The notes under the pieces are model-generated. The model saw only the letters and a program-made list of their open reading frames with translations, did not search any database and was not told the origin of the DNA. 64,000 bases of DNA, taken from contig CM119381.1 of NCBI GenBank assembly GCA_051294905.1, positions 18,972,001 to 19,036,000 on the forward strand, written 5' to 3'. Positions 63,501 to 64,000 of this stretch are shown here, piece after piece. The position numbers and the translations under genes are program-made. The DNA is from Botryllus schlosseri (Eukaryota). The stretch's first letter is position 1. Each line of letters begins with the position of its first letter.

Positions 63501-63666
63501 CTGGATGTGTCAATTTCATTCCAGGTTTCATTCCGATTGCATCAGCACATGGATGAAGAAACAACGCACCTGCCCCAACTGTAGGAAGTTCATGTCTGAC
63601 ACGACTGAATTTCCGTCTTTGAATAGATCGCCGCCTGGCCTATCAAGAAATCCGTTCCGCAATTGA
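506..63666 (+). CDS. TTC3: TTC3/DZIP3-family TPR + RING-H2 E3 ubiquitin ligase, multi-exon (>=33 coding exons, ~1337 aa visible, 5' incomplete)
   Basis: Hand-spliced exons all GT-AG and phase-consistent (4014 nt incl. stop). Segments follow human TTC3 order as recalled: TPRs (GNTLYKQKKFGDAVKEYTVAI..LLYSNRCQAF; ALADAYRSIILKPDWGKGYYK), LAWPG..CCVPPDP.AVCLY..C..IYHTD, C.MDFH..CW, CFTPDCGGVI, YFVTFFSKNGP..EKCGGLEPFL, coiled coil, LTGLTYDEIERRV, RING-H2 CPIC-x13-CSHRFHSDC-x10-CPNC. Confidence 0.9.
798..955 (+). CDS. TTC3: TTC3 exon, TPR1-2
   Basis: gttcag| ... |gtgaga; DLEGHRESGNTLYKQKKFGDAVKEYTVAINKAPFHYLLYSNRCQAF. Confidence 0.92.
1379..1569 (+). CDS. TTC3: TTC3 exon, TPR2-3
   Basis: ttgcag| ... 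|gtgagt; TALADAYRSIILKPDWGKGYYKIV. Confidence 0.92.
1634..1749 (+). CDS. TTC3: TTC3 exon, Lys-rich/NLS-like
   Basis: 64-nt intron upstream; phase 1/0; KKKKRKKKKK. Confidence 0.8.
1766..2680. mobile_element. Non-autonomous DNA transposon/MITE, family A copy 1
   Basis: Imperfect ~18-bp TIR (consensus CAGTAGGGCGATTTTTTT); long internal similarity to 15204-15778. Confidence 0.65.
3311..3344 (+). CDS. TTC3: TTC3 34-nt microexon (EQELDSDHEEE)
   Basis: tctgtttcag| ... |gtgaat; phase 0/1. Confidence 0.7.
3852..3874 (+). CDS. TTC3: TTC3 23-nt microexon (DSGSPSEI)
   Basis: ttttatttcag| ... |gtgagt; phase 1/0 restores frame to exon 45087. Confidence 0.7.
5319..5324 (-). terminator. Candidate GPCR polyadenylation signal (AATAAA on - strand)
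   Basis: tttatt on + strand ~400 nt past the stop. Confidence 0.35.
5721..6515 (-). CDS. GPCR exon 11: TM7 (NPAVY), helix 8, long C-tail
   Basis: 58-nt intron; ends at TAG. Confidence 0.92.
   Translation of the reverse strand, partial: ALMGADGFTCFQLNTAVRILSFISVLLNPAVYILTQRQFQEYVRKCACVKFLRRWYAKCFKSDAPGHDFIMDSRFRVTSERDEEGEVRAHLVQEDRHQGFATCQGVGAKQPYSMQTQTRQVIMSRTVAGQHDIFQTPAMRRDATIDEMKEEEAAAEESLEKEMRRRAAEEEKRRKDDINKNFMASSENEISSNKTSGNKTSSSSTKSDNLNEFWRQWMENGGPAIPPSDTSGGVVGLDSEFDNVETVPGKLPVSNGSGGRAVIE
5721..13746 (-). CDS. Class A (rhodopsin-like) orphan GPCR, ~1214 aa, 11 coding exons, nested antisense in the TTC3 intron
   Basis: Seven hydrophobic segments with class A motifs: GILNS (N1.50), IALTDLL (D2.50), SMSVERC (E/DRY variant), MWIIA (W4.50), FFVPF..SY (P5.50/Y5.58), CWLP, NPAVY. 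Exons 13746-13615, 12405-12267, 10288-10083, 9901-9669, 9246-9224, 9158-8943, 8879-8701, 8633-7325, 7055-6792, 6722-6574, 6515-5721 join in frame (3645 nt). Confidence 0.92.
6574..6722 (-). CDS. GPCR exon 10: TM6 (CWLP)
   Basis: ttttgcag| ... |gtatga. Confidence 0.92.
6792..7055 (-). CDS. GPCR exon 9: ICL3 (S/H/R-rich)
   Basis: gtctacag| ... |gtaaaa; phase 1/1. Confidence 0.8.
7325..8633 (-). CDS. GPCR exon 8: ECL2 end, TM5, most of ICL3
   Basis: catcacag| ... |gtagtc; 436 open codons. Confidence 0.9.
8701..8879 (-). CDS. GPCR exon 7: acidic ECL2 block; not in the ORF track
   Basis: ttttttcag| NDEDLLEQYGADLLGDDWEELLNEEDWD.. |gtaatg. Confidence 0.85.
8943..9158 (-). CDS. GPCR exon 6: ECL2 (alternative donor at 8952 possible, same phase)
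   Basis: ctgttgcag| ... |gtagcc. Confidence 0.8.
9224..9246 (-). CDS. GPCR exon 5: 23-nt microexon in ECL2
   Basis: tttttcttgcag| ... |gtatgt; bridges phase 2 to phase 1. Confidence 0.7.
9669..9901 (-). CDS. GPCR exon 4: TM4 + ECL2 start
   Basis: ttttttcag| RKIIIGISIVMWIIALAFTMP.. |gtgtgt. Confidence 0.85.
10083..10288 (-). CDS. GPCR exon 3: ECL1 + TM3 (ERC)
   Basis: cctcccag| ... YD|gtgagt. Confidence 0.9.
12267..12405 (-). CDS. GPCR exon 2: ICL1 + TM2
   Basis: ttcggcag| VRNSVHTVYMVQIALTDLLVC.. |gtaagt. Confidence 0.9.
13615..13746 (-). CDS. GPCR exon 1: short N-terminus + TM1
   Basis: MASAEELEAYFGTLIGKHVGIILMCIFGGILNSIMLYMLLHKKQ|gttggt; in-frame TGA upstream. Confidence 0.8.
15204..15778. 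mobile_element. Non-autonomous DNA transposon/MITE, family A copy 2
   Basis: Shares blocks such as gtaaattagg..cacataatgttagaat and cgggtagaaagtgt..ctaagtagct..cttcaacagcagca with copy 1; TIR-like ends. Confidence 0.65.
17988..18026 (+). repeat. (TTGCTTTATAGTG)x3 minisatellite
   Basis: Three exact 13-bp units. Confidence 0.9.
24876..25441. mobile_element. hAT-type MITE with GACTCGAGTC subterminal repeats
   Basis: TIR CAGG(C/G)TTGTAA; perfect 8-bp TSD TTGTGATG (24868-24875 / 25442-25449); partial relative at ~43470-43630. Confidence 0.85.
29030..29267. mobile_element. MITE family B copy 1
   Basis: TIR TAGGG(G/T)TGCATTTAAAA; homologous in opposite orientation to 39544-39968; no clear TSD. 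Confidence 0.7.
30420..30720 (-). pseudogene. Possible degenerate PIF/Harbinger transposase N-terminal fragment
   Basis: YKELQ..DPET..FLRFDE / FGL..VRPRIK / KNS..KSI..SIRPADKL echoes, with a 59-nt GT-AG gap; eyeballed only. Confidence 0.3.
30751..31089 (+). repeat. Tandem direct duplication, period 171 bp
   Basis: Copies 30751-30920 and 30922-31089, highly similar (tgcaaccagcgacaaacagccaat...cattcgtcgaggtagagt). Confidence 0.9.
31960..32325 (-). mobile_element. tRNA-derived SINE, related copy
   Basis: Degenerate A/B boxes (gattcaagtct) and homologous tail (ctcgcca..gcggtg.cttg..aagtggg.cgtgcta..cggcc.ggtgtaaatgac). Confidence 0.6.
36337..36572. mobile_element. hAT-type MITE made of two tandem ~120-bp units
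   Basis: Perfect 18-bp TIR CAGACTTGGACAACTAGA; TSD gctgtaag/gcggtaag (7/8). Confidence 0.8.
36663..36950 (+). mobile_element. tRNA-derived SINE
   Basis: A box TAGCGTAGCGG (36670-36680), B box GGTTCAAGTCC (36714-36724); 3' tail shared with 31960-32325 and a truncated tail at ~36590-36650. Confidence 0.7.
37503..37929. mobile_element. hAT-type MITE with (AATCC)n subterminal repeats
   Basis: TIR (C/T)AGAGATGAGC; perfect 8-bp TSD ATAGGAAT; partial relative at ~45790-45920. Confidence 0.85.
39544..39968. mobile_element. MITE family B copy 2 (with ~190-bp extra internal sequence)
   Basis: TIR tagggttgcatttaaaac...gttttaaatgcaatcctg; shared tgacgtcat/ttttaaaac blocks. Confidence 0.7.
45087..45257 (+). 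CDS. TTC3: TTC3 exon (helical region, ..ADFHKWIEKGSVEFLKRHFADACKTY)
   Basis: ctttcttgaacag| ... |gtctga; 57 codons. Confidence 0.8.
47358..47391 (+). repeat. 17-bp direct tandem duplication
   Basis: atgctgcgatacgtcca x2. Confidence 0.85.
47530..47723 (+). CDS. TTC3: TTC3 exon (TPR-like: ATLLYAQGQASQQLG..SMAYYAEARSIYLL); not in the ORF track
   Basis: tcattcag| ... |gtaagt; phase 0/2, open frame. Confidence 0.85.
47782..47864 (+). CDS. TTC3: TTC3 exon (FEEAKKKARNAMKMVKKHLVRGLLAWP)
   Basis: 58-nt intron; phase 2/1; matches the TTC3 LTWP motif. Confidence 0.85.
48130..49190 (+). pseudogene. Possible degenerate Ty3/gypsy gag remnant, interrupted by the 48587-48883 MITE
   Basis: Ordered motif echoes across frameshifts: WADY.., YNRRLREESAC, KAIEILRTS, CWWRG..HPEKCLATG..C; eyeballed only. 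Confidence 0.4.
48587..48883. mobile_element. hAT/Charlie-type MITE
   Basis: TIR CA(G/A)TGGTTCTCAAAC; TSD gcctagac/gcctaaac. Confidence 0.85.
49962..50131 (+). CDS. TTC3: TTC3 exon (CCVPPDPTAVCLYPNC..IYHTD)
   Basis: cctgttag| ... |gtaagt. Confidence 0.9.
50868..50969 (+). CDS. TTC3: TTC3 exon (GYYEIECDWHCVMDFHLSCW)
   Basis: atttcag| ... |gtaaaa; Cys/His-rich conserved block. Confidence 0.9.
51031..51126 (+). CDS. TTC3: TTC3 exon (ECFTPDCGGVI)
   Basis: 61-nt intron; |gtgagt donor. Confidence 0.9.
52051..52215 (+). CDS. TTC3: TTC3 exon (basic, K/R-rich)
   Basis: gaacag| ... |gttaga; 55 codons. Confidence 0.8.
52370..52397 (+). CDS. TTC3: TTC3 28-nt microexon (DAKVRRKAS)
   Basis: cattgcag| ... 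|gttagt; phase 0/1. Confidence 0.65.
52470..52537 (+). CDS. TTC3: TTC3 exon
   Basis: gttttcag| ... |gtgaga; phase 1/0. Confidence 0.7.
52943..53064 (+). CDS. TTC3: TTC3 exon
   Basis: ctttcag| ... |gtgcgt; phase 0/2. Confidence 0.75.
53131..53262 (+). CDS. TTC3: TTC3 exon
   Basis: ttaaccacag| ... |gtgaga; phase 2/2. Confidence 0.75.
53894..54040 (+). CDS. TTC3: TTC3 exon, TTC3/DZIP3 middle domain (YFVTFFSKNGP..EKCGGLEPFL); not in the ORF track
   Basis: ttttcag| ... |gtaaat; resembles the GP(L)..GGLKPFL block. Confidence 0.9.
54100..54175 (+). CDS. TTC3: TTC3 exon
   Basis: 59-nt intron; phase 2/0. Confidence 0.8.
54909..55732. mobile_element. Tc1/mariner (pogo/Tigger-like) MITE
   Basis: TIR C(T/C)GTAATTTTCC..TATA.TGCGC, TA on both sides; subterminal gggtgcgtattatacatg repeats. 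Confidence 0.75.
55831..56062 (+). CDS. TTC3: TTC3 exon (low-complexity linker)
   Basis: attaccag| ... |gtgagc; phase 0/1. Confidence 0.75.
56977..57098 (+). CDS. TTC3: TTC3 exon (S/T/P-rich linker)
   Basis: ttcttgcag| ... |gtgggt; phase 1/0. Confidence 0.75.
57375..57809. mobile_element. hAT/Charlie-type MITE
   Basis: TIR CAGGGGC(A)GGCAAC; TSD gtttagag/gttaagag; subterminal gcgggccg. Confidence 0.8.
57859..57954 (+). CDS. TTC3: TTC3 exon (TQTD motif, coiled-coil start)
   Basis: ttttacag| ... |gtacgt. Confidence 0.8.
58018..58221 (+). CDS. TTC3: TTC3 exon, coiled coil
   Basis: 63-nt intron; E/K/L heptad-rich. Confidence 0.85.
58966..59130 (+). CDS. TTC3: TTC3 exon, coiled coil
   Basis: gctttag| ... 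|gtctgt; 55 codons. Confidence 0.8.
59196..59405 (+). CDS. TTC3: TTC3 exon, helical
   Basis: 65-nt intron; |gtgggt; 70 codons. Confidence 0.8.
59771..59909 (+). CDS. TTC3: TTC3 exon (QLNSGRPLSEL..)
   Basis: tttcatcag| ... |gtaagc; resembles the G.xLSEL motif of TTC3/DZIP3. Confidence 0.85.
60299..60368 (+). CDS. TTC3: TTC3 exon
   Basis: aattgcag| ... |gtgaat; phase 1/2, needed to join 59909 to 60428. Confidence 0.7.
60428..60530 (+). CDS. TTC3: TTC3 exon (A/P-rich)
   Basis: 59-nt intron; phase 2/0; |gtagga. Confidence 0.75.
60860..60954 (+). CDS. TTC3: TTC3 exon (SFLLLVEKLSKNIP)
   Basis: tcatttcag| ... |gtaagt. Confidence 0.8.
61036..61572. mobile_element. hAT/Charlie-type MITE
   Basis: TIR CAG(A/T)G(G/T)TTCCCAAA; TSD agttggat/agttagat. 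Confidence 0.8.
62331..62448 (+). CDS. TTC3: TTC3 exon (VRNDNNGLTGLTYDEIERRV)
   Basis: tttgaag| ... |gtattg; resembles LSGLSIDEIVQRV. Confidence 0.88.
62943..63029 (+). CDS. TTC3: TTC3 exon (pre-RING)
   Basis: ctatttag| ... |gtatgt; phase 0/0. Confidence 0.75.
63089..63174 (+). CDS. TTC3: TTC3 exon, RING-H2 N-half (CPICCDPL..LECSH)
   Basis: 59-nt intron; |gtgaac. Confidence 0.92.
63525..63666 (+). CDS. TTC3: TTC3 last coding exon, RING-H2 C-half (FHSDCISTWMKKQRTCPNCR..EFPSL), stop TGA
   Basis: cattccag|; completes the C3H2C3 pattern. Confidence 0.93.
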
Positions 63667-63807
63667 ACTTACACGCTGCCTACTTTTTTGTGACTTTACG
63701 ATTAGCGGCCGACTTGCATTCAAATTTTAGTCTTTTAACTGGTCTGTAGTACCAATGTGGATACATCGGTGTCGGCTCGTTAGTTGAGTGGGTACTGGGA
63801 TAATAGT

Positions 63808-63813
63808 AATAAA
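63808..63813 (+). terminator. Candidate TTC3 polyadenylation signal AATAAA
   Basis: AATAAA ~140 nt after the stop, followed by GU/U-rich sequence. Confidence 0.45.
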
Positions 63814-64000
63814 CAGAAATTTGTGTGACATGACTTGCTTGGTCATTTTCAATGCCAAGCCAGTATATCACCTTGTATATATCGCAAGCTTTTGTTTCAA
63901 GTATGAGTGAAAACACCATGTCTTGTTAATAGTATTTTTGCAGCTGTCGCTACATAACAGTATTCTGAAGGGTAAACAATCGTGTAGTTCAGCACTGCTA

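Overview
AT-rich eukaryotic (metazoan) genomic DNA. An invertebrate chordate such as an ascidian is inferred from the protein similarity and a 58-72 nt minimal intron class; this is not proven. Two intron-containing genes could be rebuilt by hand with canonical GT-AG junctions and consistent phases. (1) A + strand TTC3/DZIP3-family E3 ubiquitin ligase spans almost the whole window: at least 33 coding exons from 506 to 63666, about 1340 aa visible, N-terminus probably at or beyond the left edge. It runs TPR repeats -> helical/TPR-like and Cys-rich region -> TTC3/DZIP3 middle domain -> coiled coil -> C-terminal RING-H2. (2) A - strand class A (rhodopsin-like) GPCR of about 1210 aa (11 coding exons, 13746-5721) is nested entirely inside the 41.2-kb TTC3 intron (3875-45086). 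The receptor is unusual: very short N-terminus, ~235-aa highly acidic ECL2, ~475-aa ICL3, ~230-aa C-tail with an E/K/R helix, and Trp in place of the near-invariant Cys3.25. The rest of the giant intron and the other introns hold many non-autonomous DNA transposons (several hAT MITEs with 8-bp TSDs, one pogo/Tigger-like MITE), tRNA-derived SINEs, tandem duplications and degenerate transposon coding remnants. No rRNA, bona fide tRNA, CRISPR or intact transposase/RT gene was found. Homology statements come from recalled family features, not database searches.
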